Shown piece after piece: positions 18,158-28,413 of a stretch of DNA of 64,000 nt. This stretch comes from an uncultured Clostridia bacterium. Its GTDB lineage: Bacteria > Bacillota > Clostridia > Oscillospirales > Acutalibacteraceae. The stretch lies in assembly GCA_944380725.1 (NCBI GenBank), contig CALWIK010000018.1:3348-67347 (forward strand), written 5' to 3'. How positions within the stretch are numbered: position 1 is the stretch's first letter; each line of letters opens with the position of its first letter. The position numbers were made by a program, and so were the translations under genes. Below the pieces are notes generated by a model that saw only the letters and a program-made list of their open reading frames with translations, ran no database searches and had not been told where the DNA came from.

Positions 18158-19351
18158 ATGAATTATTTAAATAAAAAATCTGTAGAAGATATTAATGTAT
18201 TTGAGAAAAAAGTTCTTTTAAGATGCGATTTTAATGTACCATTGGACAAAAATGGTAACATTTCTAATACAAAACGTATTGACGACTCTTTGCAGACTAT
18301 TTGCTATTTAATAAAAAATAATGCTAAAACAATTATTATTTCTCATCTTGGTCGCCCAAACGGATCTAAAAAAGCTGAATTATCGCTTAAACCCATTGCA
18401 GATTATTTGACTAAAATTTTAAATGTGAATGTAAAGTTTATCTCTGATGATATAAAAAATATATTTCCAGAAGATTTTGATTCGCTTAAAAACGGCGAAA
18501 TAGCTTTGTTAGAGAACATTAGATTTTATAAAGAAGAGCCGCTAAATGACCTGGATTTTGCTAAAAAATTGGCAAGCTTTGCAGATGTATTTGTTAACGA
18601 CGCTTTTGGCACTGCTCACCGTGCTCACGCATCTACTGAGGGAGTGGCTAAATTATTGCCTTCGGTTTGCGGCTTTTTAATAAAAAATGAAGTAAATGTT
18701 TTATGCAGAATTCTTAATAATCCGGAACGCCCCTTTTTAGCTATTCTTGGTGGTTCTAAGGTTTCGGATAAAATCGGAGTTATAAATAATCTTATCGATA
18801 AGGTTGATACTTTAATTATTGCCGGCGGTATGTCATATACTTTTTTGAATGCTTTGGGATATTCTATTGGAAACTCGATTTTTGAGGCAGATAAAATATC
18901 CTTGGCTACTGATATTATAACTAAAGCTAAAGACTTGAATGTTAAATTAATTCTTCCTGTTGATAACGTCGTTGGAAAAGAGTTTAGTGCTAATACTGAT
19001 TCTTTAATCGTTGATTCCGATAGTATTCCTGAGGGGTACATCGGCCTGGATATTGGGCCTAAATCTGAACGGCTATTTTCTGATATTATAAAAAATTCTA
19101 GAACTATACTTTGGAATGGTCCGGTTGGCGTTTTTGAATGGGAAAAATTTCGTCATGGAACTTTGAAAATCGCTCAGGCTATTGCTAATTCTCGTGCGGT
19201 TTCTGTAGTTGGTGGAGGCGATTCTTCTGCAGCTATCAGTTTGCTTGAATTAGATAAGGGCATATCTCACTTGTCTACTGGCGGCGGTGCCACTCTCGCC
19301 TTTTTAGAGGGAAAAAGTTTGCCAGCTATCGACGCTTTAGATGATAAATAA
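18158..19351 (+). CDS. pgk: phosphoglycerate kinase
   Basis: RCDFNVPLD, ISHLGRP and GGGDSSAA. I chose the ATG at 18158 (MNYLNKK) after AAAGGA over the upstream ORF-track start. Confidence 0.93.
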   Translation: MNYLNKKSVEDINVFEKKVLLRCDFNVPLDKNGNISNTKRIDDSLQTICYLIKNNAKTIIISHLGRPNGSKKAELSLKPIADYLTKILNVNVKFISDDIKNIFPEDFDSLKNGEIALLENIRFYKEEPLNDLDFAKKLASFADVFVNDAFGTAHRAHASTEGVAKLLPSVCGFLIKNEVNVLCRILNNPERPFLAILGGSKVSDKIGVINNLIDKVDTLIIAGGMSYTFLNALGYSIGNSIFEADKISLATDIITKAKDLNVKLILPVDNVVGKEFSANTDSLIVDSDSIPEGYIGLDIGPKSERLFSDIIKNSRTILWNGPVGVFEWEKFRHGTLKIAQAIANSRAVSVVGGGDSSAAISLLELDKGISHLSTGGGATLAFLEGKSLPAIDALDDK

Positions 19352-19375
19352 TTAACTGCAAAAATTCTGAGGCTC

Positions 19376-19465
19376 GCAGCACCGTGCTGCTCAACTTGTT
19401 GAGCTAAAAATCGGCAATAGGCCAATTTTCTCCGCCAACAATTAAAAATTGTTGGCGGGCACGGT
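19376..19465 (+). other. GC-rich multi-hairpin element in the pgk-tpiA intergenic region
   Basis: Hairpins at 19376-19390 (GCAGCA/TGCTGC), 19389-19404 (GCTCAAC/GTTGAGC) and 19432-19458 (12-bp CCGCCAACAATT/AATTGTTGGCGG). ACCGTGC (19381-19387) is complementary to GCACGGT (19459-19465). Confidence 0.4.
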
Positions 19466-19516
19466 TTAAGGGCAGATAAAAAGAATTTTAAAAAAAGAAA
19501 ATGGAGGCGGATATGT

Positions 19517-20281
19517 TTGGGAAATAGAAGCAAAAATTTGATAATAGCAGGAAACTGGAAAATGAATAAAACTCCAAAAGAAGCAGAAATACTAATCAAC
19601 AAATTAAAACTAGAAAATAAAAATCCTGCCTGTAAAACAGTCTTATGTGTGCCTTTTATTGATATCCCTGTAGCGATTAGTCTAACTAAAAATACTTCTA
19701 TCTCAATTGGTGCACAGAATTGTTATTTTGAAAACTACGGCGCATATACCGGTGAAATTTCTGCTGAAATGCTAAAAGTAATAGGCGTAGAATATGTTAT
19801 TATAGGTCACAGTGAACGCAGAATTTATTTTAATGAAACTGATGAACAAATAAATAAAAAAATAAAATCGGCATTAAATTCCGGATTAAAAGTGATTCTT
19901 TGTATTGGGGAGACTCTGCAAGAAAGGCAAAATAACATAATAGGTGAAAAGCTAATTATACAAATAAAAAATGCGTTAAACCAAGTCGCTGAATCGCAAA
20001 TTGCGAATATAATCATAGCGTATGAGCCAATTTGGGCAATAGGTTCTGGCAGAACTCCAAATAAAGCTGAAATTAATCATATCTGCGAAATAATTAGAAA
20101 TACTGTATTAAATATAAGCAAAATTTCGGCAGAAAAAATTTCGATACTATACGGTGGCTCAATTGATTCTAAAAACGCAAAAGAAATATTAGCTCAGCCT
20201 AATGTTGATGGAGGTCTTGTTGGCGGAGCATCTTTAGATATAGAAGAATTTTTAAAAATTATAAACTGTGTTATTAATTAA
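19517..20281 (+). CDS. tpiA: triose-phosphate isomerase
   Basis: IAGNWKMNKT, IIGHSERR and AYEPIWAIGSG. TTG start lies 9 nt after GGAGG. Confidence 0.92.
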   Translation: MGNRSKNLIIAGNWKMNKTPKEAEILINKLKLENKNPACKTVLCVPFIDIPVAISLTKNTSISIGAQNCYFENYGAYTGEISAEMLKVIGVEYVIIGHSERRIYFNETDEQINKKIKSALNSGLKVILCIGETLQERQNNIIGEKLIIQIKNALNQVAESQIANIIIAYEPIWAIGSGRTPNKAEINHICEIIRNTVLNISKISAEKISILYGGSIDSKNAKEILAQPNVDGGLVGGASLDIEEFLKIINCVIN

Positions 20282-20324
20282 TATGTTTAAAAGTACAGAT
20301 TTACTTAAAAAAACGGAGGCTAAA

Positions 20325-21896
20325 ATGAATAAAAAAACTTTTTATATTACTACTCCAATATATTATCCTTCGGGAAATCCTCATCTGGGGCACAGCTATT
20401 GTACTGTGGCTGCCGATGTGATTGCAAGATATAAAAGGCTAGCTGGATACGATGTTATGTTTTTAACCGGCACAGATGAACACGGTCAAAAAATCGAACT
20501 CAACGCTCAAAAAGAAAATTTGCAACCAAAAGAATATGTTGATAAGCTTGTGGACGAATTTAGACAGCTATGGGATATTATGGATATTTCTAATGATAGA
20601 TATATTCGTACAACCGATGATTATCATGTTAAAGCTGTTCAAAAAATATTTAAAAAGCTCTATGAAAAAGGTGAGATTTATAAAGGAAAATATGAAGGCT
20701 GGTATTGTACACCATGTGAGTCTTTTTGGACTCAGGCTCAACTGGTTGATGAAAAATGTCCTGACTGCGGAAGAGAAGTTAAACTAACAAGAGAAGAAGC
20801 TTATTTCTTTAAGCTTGCTAAATATGCTGACAGAATTTTAAAATTATATGATGAGAACCCTGAATTTTTAGAGCCAGAAAGTCGTAGGCACGAAATGGCT
20901 AATTTTATAAAAAGTGGTCTTAACGACTTGTGTGTAAGTAGGACTAGCTTTAGTTGGGGTATTCCCGTTGACTTTGACCAAAAACACGTTGTTTATGTCT
21001 GGCTCGATGCGCTTACAAATTATATTACTGCGCTTGGTTACAGCTCGGATGATGACTCTGATTTTAAAAAATATTGGCCAGCTAATGTTCATTTTGTTGG
21101 CAAAGAAATTGTTCGCTTTCATGCAATTATTTGGCCGGCTATACTTATGGCTCTCGACTTGCCTTTGCCACATAAAATTTTTGGTCACGGGTGGCTACTT
21201 TTTGGCGATGGAACTAAAATGTCTAAATCTAAAGGTAACGTAGTTGATCCTCAAATTTTGTGTGATAGATACGGCGTAGATGCAATAAAATATTTTTTGA
21301 TGAGAGAGATTCCTTTTGGATCAGATAGTGTTTTTACAAACGAGGCCTTGATTAAACGAATAAATTTTGATTTGGCAAATGATTTGGGCAACCTGCTCTC
21401 ACGGACAACTTCTATGATAGAAAAATATTTTGACGGAATTTTGCCAGAAACTATAGAAAAAAACGCTGAAGATAACGATTTGATCGATATGGCTGTATCT
21501 TTGAGAGAAAAATATATTGGATATATGGAAAAATTTCAATTTTCTAACGCGCTCGCCAAAGTTTGGAAGCTTATATCTAAGGCTAATAAGTATATTGAGG
21601 AAACTGCTCCCTGGGCCCTTAGTCGAGATCAGAAACAAAATAATCGATTGGCCTGTATTCTATATAATCTTTGTGAGGTTTTACGCATCGTTACAATATT
21701 AATTACCCCATTTATGCCCAATACTTCTCCGATTATTGCTGATCAAATTGGCGCTACTGATGAAGTTTTATCTTGGGAGCTTGCTAACAAATGGGGGGGG
21801 CTTTCTCTAACAACAAAAATAAAAAAGGGCAAAGCACTCTTTCCTCGAATCGATATGCAAAAAGAACTGGAGGAATTGAATAGGTTTGTTAATTAA
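20325..21896 (+). CDS. metG: methionyl-tRNA synthetase (short form without the C-terminal tRNA-binding domain)
   Basis: PSGNPHLGH (HIGH), KMSKS and a zinc knuckle CTPCESF..CPDCG. ATG at 20325 follows GGAGG. No T-box leader fits in the 43-nt gap. Confidence 0.92.
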   Translation: MNKKTFYITTPIYYPSGNPHLGHSYCTVAADVIARYKRLAGYDVMFLTGTDEHGQKIELNAQKENLQPKEYVDKLVDEFRQLWDIMDISNDRYIRTTDDYHVKAVQKIFKKLYEKGEIYKGKYEGWYCTPCESFWTQAQLVDEKCPDCGREVKLTREEAYFFKLAKYADRILKLYDENPEFLEPESRRHEMANFIKSGLNDLCVSRTSFSWGIPVDFDQKHVVYVWLDALTNYITALGYSSDDDSDFKKYWPANVHFVGKEIVRFHAIIWPAILMALDLPLPHKIFGHGWLLFGDGTKMSKSKGNVVDPQILCDRYGVDAIKYFLMREIPFGSDSVFTNEALIKRINFDLANDLGNLLSRTTSMIEKYFDGILPETIEKNAEDNDLIDMAVSLREKYIGYMEKFQFSNALAKVWKLISKANKYIEETAPWALSRDQKQNNRLACILYNLCEVLRIVTILITPFMPNTSPIIADQIGATDEVLSWELANKWGGLSLTTKIKKGKALFPRIDMQKELEELNRFVN

Positions 21897-21911
21897 AGGA
21901 GGTTTTGAACT

Positions 21912-22676
21912 GTGTTTTTTGACTCTCATGCACACTATGACGACAAAGCTTTTGACGAAGATAGGGATGAACTATTAAAAAAACTTTTTAATATCTGTGT
22001 ATGCGGTATAATTAATGTTGCCTGCAATATGACAACTTCTCAACGATCTGTCGAATTGGCAAATTTATACCCTCTTCTTTGGGCTTCCGTTGGTGTTCAC
22101 CCTCATGACGCGGAAAATGTTTCGCATGATTATATAGAAAGTTTAAAAAAGCTTATTGCCAATGAAAAAACCATAGCTATTGGAGAAATTGGTCTGGATT
22201 ATCATTATAACTTTTCTCCACGCGGTGCTCAGAAAAGAATATTCGAAGATCAATTAATCTTGGCAAAAGAACTAGATCTGCCTGTAATTATTCATAGTAG
22301 AGACGCAACTGCTGATACTTTATATTTTTTGAAAAAATATAAACCAAGAGGTGTTATTCATTGTTTTTCTGGCAGCACCGAAATCGCTAACGAAATCATA
22401 AACATTGGAATGTATATTGGATTGGGTGGTGCTGTTACATTTAAAAATGCTAAAAATCCTGTTTTAGTAGCCAAATCTGTACCTATCGATCGCATTTTAC
22501 TGGAAACTGACTGCCCTTATATGGCTCCTGTTCCATATAGAGGTTCTCGTTGTGACTCTAGCATGATAAAATTTACCGCAGAGAAAATTGCTTTGGAGCG
22601 AAATATAAGTGTTGACGATCTTTTGGCGGCTACAAAAGAAAACACACTCAAACTTTTTTATAAAATAAAAAATTAA
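21912..22676 (+). CDS. TatD family metal-dependent hydrolase
   Basis: FDSHAH, GEIGLDYHY, IIHSRDA and ETDCPYM. GTG start. Confidence 0.88.
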   Translation: MFFDSHAHYDDKAFDEDRDELLKKLFNICVCGIINVACNMTTSQRSVELANLYPLLWASVGVHPHDAENVSHDYIESLKKLIANEKTIAIGEIGLDYHYNFSPRGAQKRIFEDQLILAKELDLPVIIHSRDATADTLYFLKKYKPRGVIHCFSGSTEIANEIINIGMYIGLGGAVTFKNAKNPVLVAKSVPIDRILLETDCPYMAPVPYRGSRCDSSMIKFTAEKIALERNISVDDLLAATKENTLKLFYKIKN

Positions 22677-22727
22677 AGAGCAGAATTTATCTTGCTCTTT
22701 TACATTATGTGTTATTTTTTTGATATT

Positions 22728-23432
22728 TTATGTCGAACTATCTCCATAAGCCTTATTGGCGGCTTCTCGAACCAGATCCAATATATACATAGATTCTTCA
22801 CTATTTTCGTGGGTTAAATCGTTTGGAATTTTAGCATAAACTTCACCAACCTTTTGACGCATCCATAAGCTTGGCATTATTCTGATTGAGTATCCACATC
22901 CATTATTTACCACCCAATCATAAAACTTTGCTCGTGGCACACCATAAGCTGCAAGAAACGTCATAATTACACCTCCGTGCGTTATAATTGCTGTATCTTT
23001 GCAACCGGTTTTTATTGCATTCTCTACAATTTTTTCAAAAGTTAATAAAACTCGATTACTAAACTCTTTTAAACTTTCTCCTCCTTTTGGTGGCGCTTTA
23101 GCGGAGTTATTTAGCCAGGCGAGAAAGTTTTTATCGTTTTTTAAGTCCTCTGCTTTTTGACCTTCCCATTCGCCAAAATCGCATTCTGCTAAGCCTTTTT
23201 CTTGCTCTATTTCTTTTTCGGGATATAAAATTTGGGCAGTATCTTTGCATCTTAACAATGGGCTACTATACACTTTATCCGCTTTAGGATACGTAAACTC
23301 GCTTTTTAAATTTTTTAGACGATCAATCCCTTCTGCCGATAGTTCTACATCTGTTGCCCCAATATATTCACCATCCAAATTTGCTGCTGTTAGTCCATGC
23401 CTTATCAAATGCAAACAATAACTTTTCATCAT
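22728..23432 (-). CDS. histidine phosphatase family protein (phosphoglycerate-mutase-like)
   Basis: LIRHGLTAANL (RHG motif) and ITHGGVI. Confidence 0.8.
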   Translation of the reverse strand: MMKSYCLHLIRHGLTAANLDGEYIGATDVELSAEGIDRLKNLKSEFTYPKADKVYSSPLLRCKDTAQILYPEKEIEQEKGLAECDFGEWEGQKAEDLKNDKNFLAWLNNSAKAPPKGGESLKEFSNRVLLTFEKIVENAIKTGCKDTAIITHGGVIMTFLAAYGVPRAKFYDWVVNNGCGYSIRIMPSLWMRQKVGEVYAKIPNDLTHENSEESMYILDLVREAANKAYGDSST

Positions 23433-23544
23433 TAATTTCTCCTTTTTATTTAAAATTTGTTCTTTACAAATTGTTTTTTTTGTTGTATAATTTACCGGTC
23501 GTTAATTTTTTATTTTCCAATATTTTAGTTTATGGGAGGCTAAA

Positions 23545-24240
23545 ATGAACAACGATTTTCCCCGAATTATCACCTTGCTTAGAAAAGAAAAAGGATTAAG
23601 TCAAAAAAAGGCTGCGGCTGATCTTAATATCTCTCAGGCACTACTTTCTCATTACGAAAAAGGAGTCCGTGAATGTGGGCTTGAATTTGTTATCAAGCTT
23701 TCTGATTATTATAATGTTTCTTGCGATTATTTGTTGGGCAAAACTCCAAACAAAAACGGCGTTACTTTTCGAATAGAAGACATCCCAGATTCTTCTGAAA
23801 ATAAAGATAATAAATTTAAGAACAGCATTTTACCAATTTTAAATAAAAAATTAATTGTAAATTCTATTAGTATTATATTTGATATGCTTCAAAAATACAA
23901 TAACAAGGCTTTAATAACCGAAGTTTCTTCGTATTTTATGCTGTGCGTTTATTATATCTTCAGAATTTTATATTCTGCTAACTCTAAAAATCCTCAGGGA
24001 TTGTTTAAAATTCCTATCGGTTCATATGAAGCATTTTCATCGGCTTCTTTGTGTTTGTCTAAACTTAATATAAACCATTCTGTTAAACACCCAGAAAAAA
24101 ATACTTTGTCTTCTATTAATAATATTAAAAAAATGCCACTTTCTCCTGATATCATCTCTAAAGATTATCCTCTGTATGCCTCTTCTCTTTATAATCTTTT
24201 GCAAAATAGTGAGGAAGTTATAAATTCAAAATTAAAATAA
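23545..24240 (+). CDS. XRE-family HTH transcriptional regulator with an unknown C-terminal domain
   Basis: N-terminal HTH_3 (LRKEKGLSQKKAAADLNISQALLSHYEKGVRECG). The C-terminal ~150 aa is unassigned. Upstream promoter is TTTACA-17-TATAAT. Confidence 0.75.
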   Translation: MNNDFPRIITLLRKEKGLSQKKAAADLNISQALLSHYEKGVRECGLEFVIKLSDYYNVSCDYLLGKTPNKNGVTFRIEDIPDSSENKDNKFKNSILPILNKKLIVNSISIIFDMLQKYNNKALITEVSSYFMLCVYYIFRILYSANSKNPQGLFKIPIGSYEAFSSASLCLSKLNINHSVKHPEKNTLSSINNIKKMPLSPDIISKDYPLYASSLYNLLQNSEEVINSKLK

Positions 24241-24319
24241 AAAATGAATTAATGGCGGTGCGCGGTATAGTGCTCCGCCAATTTTAGCTTTGATTAAGAG
24301 AAAGGAATATTATTAACAT

Positions 24320-25012
24320 ATGAGCAGATTAACTAGATATTCATTAATAAAAACAAAATTACCTCGAGAAATATTGCTACTTCAGGGAACCGGTTGTATT
24401 TATAAAAAATGCGGTTTTTGTGACTATTATCATGATATATCCAAAGATCCTTTTAAAATTAATGAACCGGTAATAAATAAAATTTCTGGCGAAACAGGAG
24501 TTTTAGATATAATCAACTCTGGGTCTTGCTTTGAACTAGATGAAAAATCAATTAATTTAATATATAAAAAAGTTGCAGAAAAAAAAATTAATACAATATG
24601 GTTTGAGGCTCACTATCTATACAAAAATAATCTGAATATGTTTAGGCAAAAATTCCCTGGTGTTAATTTGAAATTTAGAACTGGTATAGAATCTTTTAAC
24701 CCTAAACTTCGAAAACTTTTAAATAAAGGCATCGGCTCTAATGTAACTGCTTATGATGTTTCAAAATATTTTGATGGGGTTTGTCTGTTAGTCGGATTTG
24801 TAGGCCAAACTCGTAGCGACATAATTAACGATATAAATCTTGCATTAAGATATTTTGAATATTTTAGCATAAATATTTTTGTTGCAAACTCAACTAAAAT
24901 ATCTCCAGATCCAGATCTTATCTGCTGGTTTAAAAAAAAGGTTTATCCCAAAATTAAAGATAAACCTTCTGTAGAAATTTTGCTTAATAATACAGATCTC
25001 GGTGTTGGTTAA
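24320..25012 (+). CDS. small radical-SAM-like protein with a CX4CX2C cluster motif
   Basis: LLLQGTGCIYKKCGFCDY near the N-terminus and TGIESFNPKLRKLLNKG, typical of radical SAM cores. It is only 230 aa. Confidence 0.55.
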   Translation: MSRLTRYSLIKTKLPREILLLQGTGCIYKKCGFCDYYHDISKDPFKINEPVINKISGETGVLDIINSGSCFELDEKSINLIYKKVAEKKINTIWFEAHYLYKNNLNMFRQKFPGVNLKFRTGIESFNPKLRKLLNKGIGSNVTAYDVSKYFDGVCLLVGFVGQTRSDIINDINLALRYFEYFSINIFVANSTKISPDPDLICWFKKKVYPKIKDKPSVEILLNNTDLGVG

Positions 25013-25057
25013 TGATCCTACATTAACTTTAATATGCTTGAATGCCAATATTTTTTA

Positions 25058-26941
25058 TTAATCTAAATCTTTTTTATTTTCAATCTTTTCACTAGACTCA
25101 ATATCATTGTCCATGATATTTTTAAATTCCTCTGCACTCATTTTTTCTTTTAAAAACAATTCTCGTGCAACTTTATGAAGTTTATCAACATGGTCTTTTA
25201 AAATATTTTCTGTTTTATCATAACCTTCTGATATAATCCTTTTAACTTCTGAATCTATTTCGGATGCAACTTTTTCAGAATAATTTTTAACATGGCCCAT
25301 ATCTCTACCTATAAAAACTTCATCATTTTCTGAGCCATAAGCAATTGGTCCTAAAGTCGGACTCATGCCATATTTTTTTACCATAGAATTTGCTATTTCT
25401 GTGGCACGTTTTATATCGTTAGAGGCCCCAGTAGAAATATCTCCTATAATCAAATCTTCTGCAACACGCCCTCCAAGCAGCACCTGGATCGACTCTTTCA
25501 TCTCCGTACGGGATTTATAAGATCTATCCTCTGTTGGCAAAGACATTGTATATCCACCAGCTGTTCCTCGTGGAATAATCGAAATTTGATGTACGGGATC
25601 CTGTGTTTTACAAAAATACGTTACAACCGCATGCCCAGCTTCGTGATATGCTGTAAGTGTTTTTTCTTTGTCATTCATCACACGAGACTTTTTTTCTGTT
25701 CCTACAACGACCTTAATTGTTGCTTCCTCAATTTCTTCCATAGTAATAGCCTTTAAATTTTTTCTGGCAGCTAACAAAGCCGCTTCATTTAATAAATTTT
25801 CTAGATCCGCTCCCGTAAACCCCGCTGTAGATTTTGCTACCGTATTTAGAACCACATCTGGAGCTAACGGCTTGCCCTTTGCGTGAACTTTTAATATATC
25901 CTCTCTACCTTTTATGTCCGGATATCCCACAAAAACCTGCCTATCAAACCTTCCTGGTCTCATTAAAGCTGGATCCAAAACATCCGGGCGGTTTGTTGCC
26001 GCTATCATTATAACGCCCTCGTTGGCTCCAAATCCATCCATTTCTACCAACAGTTGATTTAGAGTCTGTTCGCGTTCATCGTGCCCCCCACCCCCAAGGC
26101 CTACACCTCTTTGTCGGCCAACTGCATCAATCTCATCTATAAAAACTATACAAGGAGAATTTTTTTTCGCCTGATCAAACAAGTCTCTAACACGAGAAGC
26201 ACCTACGCCAACAAACATCTCAACAAAATCTGAACCAGATATCGAAAAAAATGGAACACCTGCCTCACCAGCAACAGCTCTAGCCAATAGAGTTTTTCCT
26301 GTTCCTGGTGGCCCAATAAGCAATACGCCCTTAGGAATTCTCGCCCCCAAATCGTTATATTTAGCAGGATTCTTTAAAAATTCTACCAACTCTGCCAACT
26401 CTTCTTTTTCCTCATCAGCTCCGGCCACGTCTGCAAAAGTAGTTTTTCTTTTTTCGTCGTTCATATTTTTTACTTTTGCTTTACCAAACGTCATCGTCCG
26501 ACCACCGTCACCCAAACCAGACATCATTTTTCTCATTATAAACCACCAAATGAGTCCCAATCCAACAAAGGTTAGCAGATTCAGCAAAATGGTGCTCCAC
26601 CATGAGTTCTCGCTCGCTCTAATTAAATTTTGTCTCATCTGAGCATCGGGATTATTATTGTTATACTCCTCTATAAATGGCTTAATGTCTTCTCTTAACC
26701 ATAATACGTTGGGCGCTGTATATTCGATTTTTTTATTTTCTTTAAGTTTTATTTCCATCTCGCCGGTTCCAAGATTCATACTATACTCTGTAACCTGCTG
26801 ATCTTTAAAGTACTTTATTATGTCCGAATAAACCGTTTCTTTTTGTGTTTTTGAACCAAATAGCGTTAAAATAAATATAATTATCAATATCGGAATTCCA
26901 ATATAGAACAACATACTTTTAAACATTTTTTTATTTTCCAA
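25058..26941 (-). CDS. ftsH: ATP-dependent zinc metalloprotease FtsH
   Basis: Two TMs, AAA+ Walker A GPPGTGKT, the SRH region and the HEAGH zinc site. Confidence 0.95.
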   Translation of the reverse strand: MENKKMFKSMLFYIGIPILIIIFILTLFGSKTQKETVYSDIIKYFKDQQVTEYSMNLGTGEMEIKLKENKKIEYTAPNVLWLREDIKPFIEEYNNNNPDAQMRQNLIRASENSWWSTILLNLLTFVGLGLIWWFIMRKMMSGLGDGGRTMTFGKAKVKNMNDEKRKTTFADVAGADEEKEELAELVEFLKNPAKYNDLGARIPKGVLLIGPPGTGKTLLARAVAGEAGVPFFSISGSDFVEMFVGVGASRVRDLFDQAKKNSPCIVFIDEIDAVGRQRGVGLGGGGHDEREQTLNQLLVEMDGFGANEGVIMIAATNRPDVLDPALMRPGRFDRQVFVGYPDIKGREDILKVHAKGKPLAPDVVLNTVAKSTAGFTGADLENLLNEAALLAARKNLKAITMEEIEEATIKVVVGTEKKSRVMNDKEKTLTAYHEAGHAVVTYFCKTQDPVHQISIIPRGTAGGYTMSLPTEDRSYKSRTEMKESIQVLLGGRVAEDLIIGDISTGASNDIKRATEIANSMVKKYGMSPTLGPIAYGSENDEVFIGRDMGHVKNYSEKVASEIDSEVKRIISEGYDKTENILKDHVDKLHKVARELFLKEKMSAEEFKNIMDNDIESSEKIENKKDLD

Positions 26942-27012
26942 TACAACTCACGCTCCTTTTTAAGTGGCTAAACTTTAAGTCTAATAAAAAAGCCATTTTG
27001 CTAAAACAGTGC

Positions 27013-28413
27013 TTAACAGATATTTTTATCTTTTAAATAAATTACAGCAAATTTCTTAGTAGTTTTGGTTACCTTAGCTTGCTCAGAAACACCTATATTA
27101 TTTATCCACAAAATTTGATTTTTTGACGCTAACATAATTATTTTATCTCTTTTTTCTTGTGGAATTTTAAGTTCATTAAATAATTTTTTTACACTTTTGG
27201 TTACGCCTCTGTTTGCTTTACAAAATTTATCTCCCGCTCTTCTATTCCTAAAAACCGTATCTAGAGTTATTGTATCATAATCTAACGCATAAAAAAATAA
27301 CAAATTACAAGTTTTAGAAAAATTTTCAAATTCAGCTTTGTTCATTACTTTTATTATGAACTCTTCTGAATACTCTGTCAATAGCGAACCAGTTTTAAAC
27401 GCCACTTCAAAATTTTGATTCAAAAAACTGCTGTTTTTTATAATATTTTCTACTATCATTAAATTATTTTTTACACTGAGCTTGATATTTTTTGGTAAAT
27501 TTATCGCACCATTATTATTTTTTATAAAATCTAAAATTAGGCAAACATGTTTTTCTGTAAGATTAGACTTCAAAAAATCAAAAACAGCAATTCTAATAAA
27601 TCTTGATAGAATCGGCTGAGGTAAAGCTTTTACATCGGATAAATCATATATTCCATGTGAAATTTTGCTTTTTTTAAAATGACGTTTTGCAATATCTTTT
27701 AGATATTTATCGTCTGCTTTTAAAAGCGATGCCGTTCGGGCTACCGTAACCTCAAAATTAGAATTAATTAATTTTAAGGCCGGAATAATATCTAGCCGAA
27801 TTTTATTTCGGGTATAATCTCGGCTTAAATTTGTGCTGTCTGTAACATAAGAAATTCCATTTTCTTTGCAAAAAAATTGTGTATCTGATCTTTTTAAAAA
27901 TATCAAAGGTCTTATAATATTATCTCTTTTTGCACTAATGCCACAGAGCCCCGCTGGACCAGTTCCTCTTACAAGATTTATCAACACAGTTTCTATACTG
28001 TCCGATAGTGTATGTGCCGTTGCTATCTTCCCATTATATTTTGTCGATAGCTCATTTAAAAAATTATATCTCAATTCTCTTGCACATTCTTCTATGCTTT
28101 GGCCATTTTTTTGAGCAATTTTTTTTACATCTAATTTCAAAAGTTCAAACTCTATATTGTTTTTTTTACAGTACTCACGCACAAAGACTTCATCTCTATC
28201 CGATTCTTCTCCTCTTAAACAATGATTAACATGCGAAACAATCAAATTTAATCTATTCTTATTTGCATAGTCTTCTAAAAATTTTAACAAAGCCATAGAG
28301 TCTGCTCCACCAGAAACTCCAACAATTAAAGTTTTTACATCATCTAACATGTTATACTCTAAAATAGCTCTGTTAATTTTTTCTCTAATAGAATCAAGTT
28401 TATTAATAGTCAT
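27013..28413 (-). CDS. tilS: tRNA(Ile)-lysidine synthase
   Basis: PP-loop VGVSGGADS. Its start overlaps the end of dnaB by 11 nt. Confidence 0.9.
   Translation of the reverse strand: MTINKLDSIREKINRAILEYNMLDDVKTLIVGVSGGADSMALLKFLEDYANKNRLNLIVSHVNHCLRGEESDRDEVFVREYCKKNNIEFELLKLDVKKIAQKNGQSIEECARELRYNFLNELSTKYNGKIATAHTLSDSIETVLINLVRGTGPAGLCGISAKRDNIIRPLIFLKRSDTQFFCKENGISYVTDSTNLSRDYTRNKIRLDIIPALKLINSNFEVTVARTASLLKADDKYLKDIAKRHFKKSKISHGIYDLSDVKALPQPILSRFIRIAVFDFLKSNLTEKHVCLILDFIKNNNGAINLPKNIKLSVKNNLMIVENIIKNSSFLNQNFEVAFKTGSLLTEYSEEFIIKVMNKAEFENFSKTCNLLFFYALDYDTITLDTVFRNRRAGDKFCKANRGVTKSVKKLFNELKIPQEKRDKIIMLASKNQILWINNIGVSEQAKVTKTTKKFAVIYLKDKNIC

Noticed and set aside
19267-19602. Minus-strand 111-aa ORF spanning the pgk end, the intergenic region and the tpiA start
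   Set aside because: It is antisense to two well-supported glycolytic genes and has no SD. It stays open only because of the GC-rich hairpin region.
20282-20324. T-box leaders upstream of metG (and of hisS at 38173-38251)
   Set aside because: The gaps are 43 and 79 nt with no specifier or T-box sequence, which is too short for a T-box.
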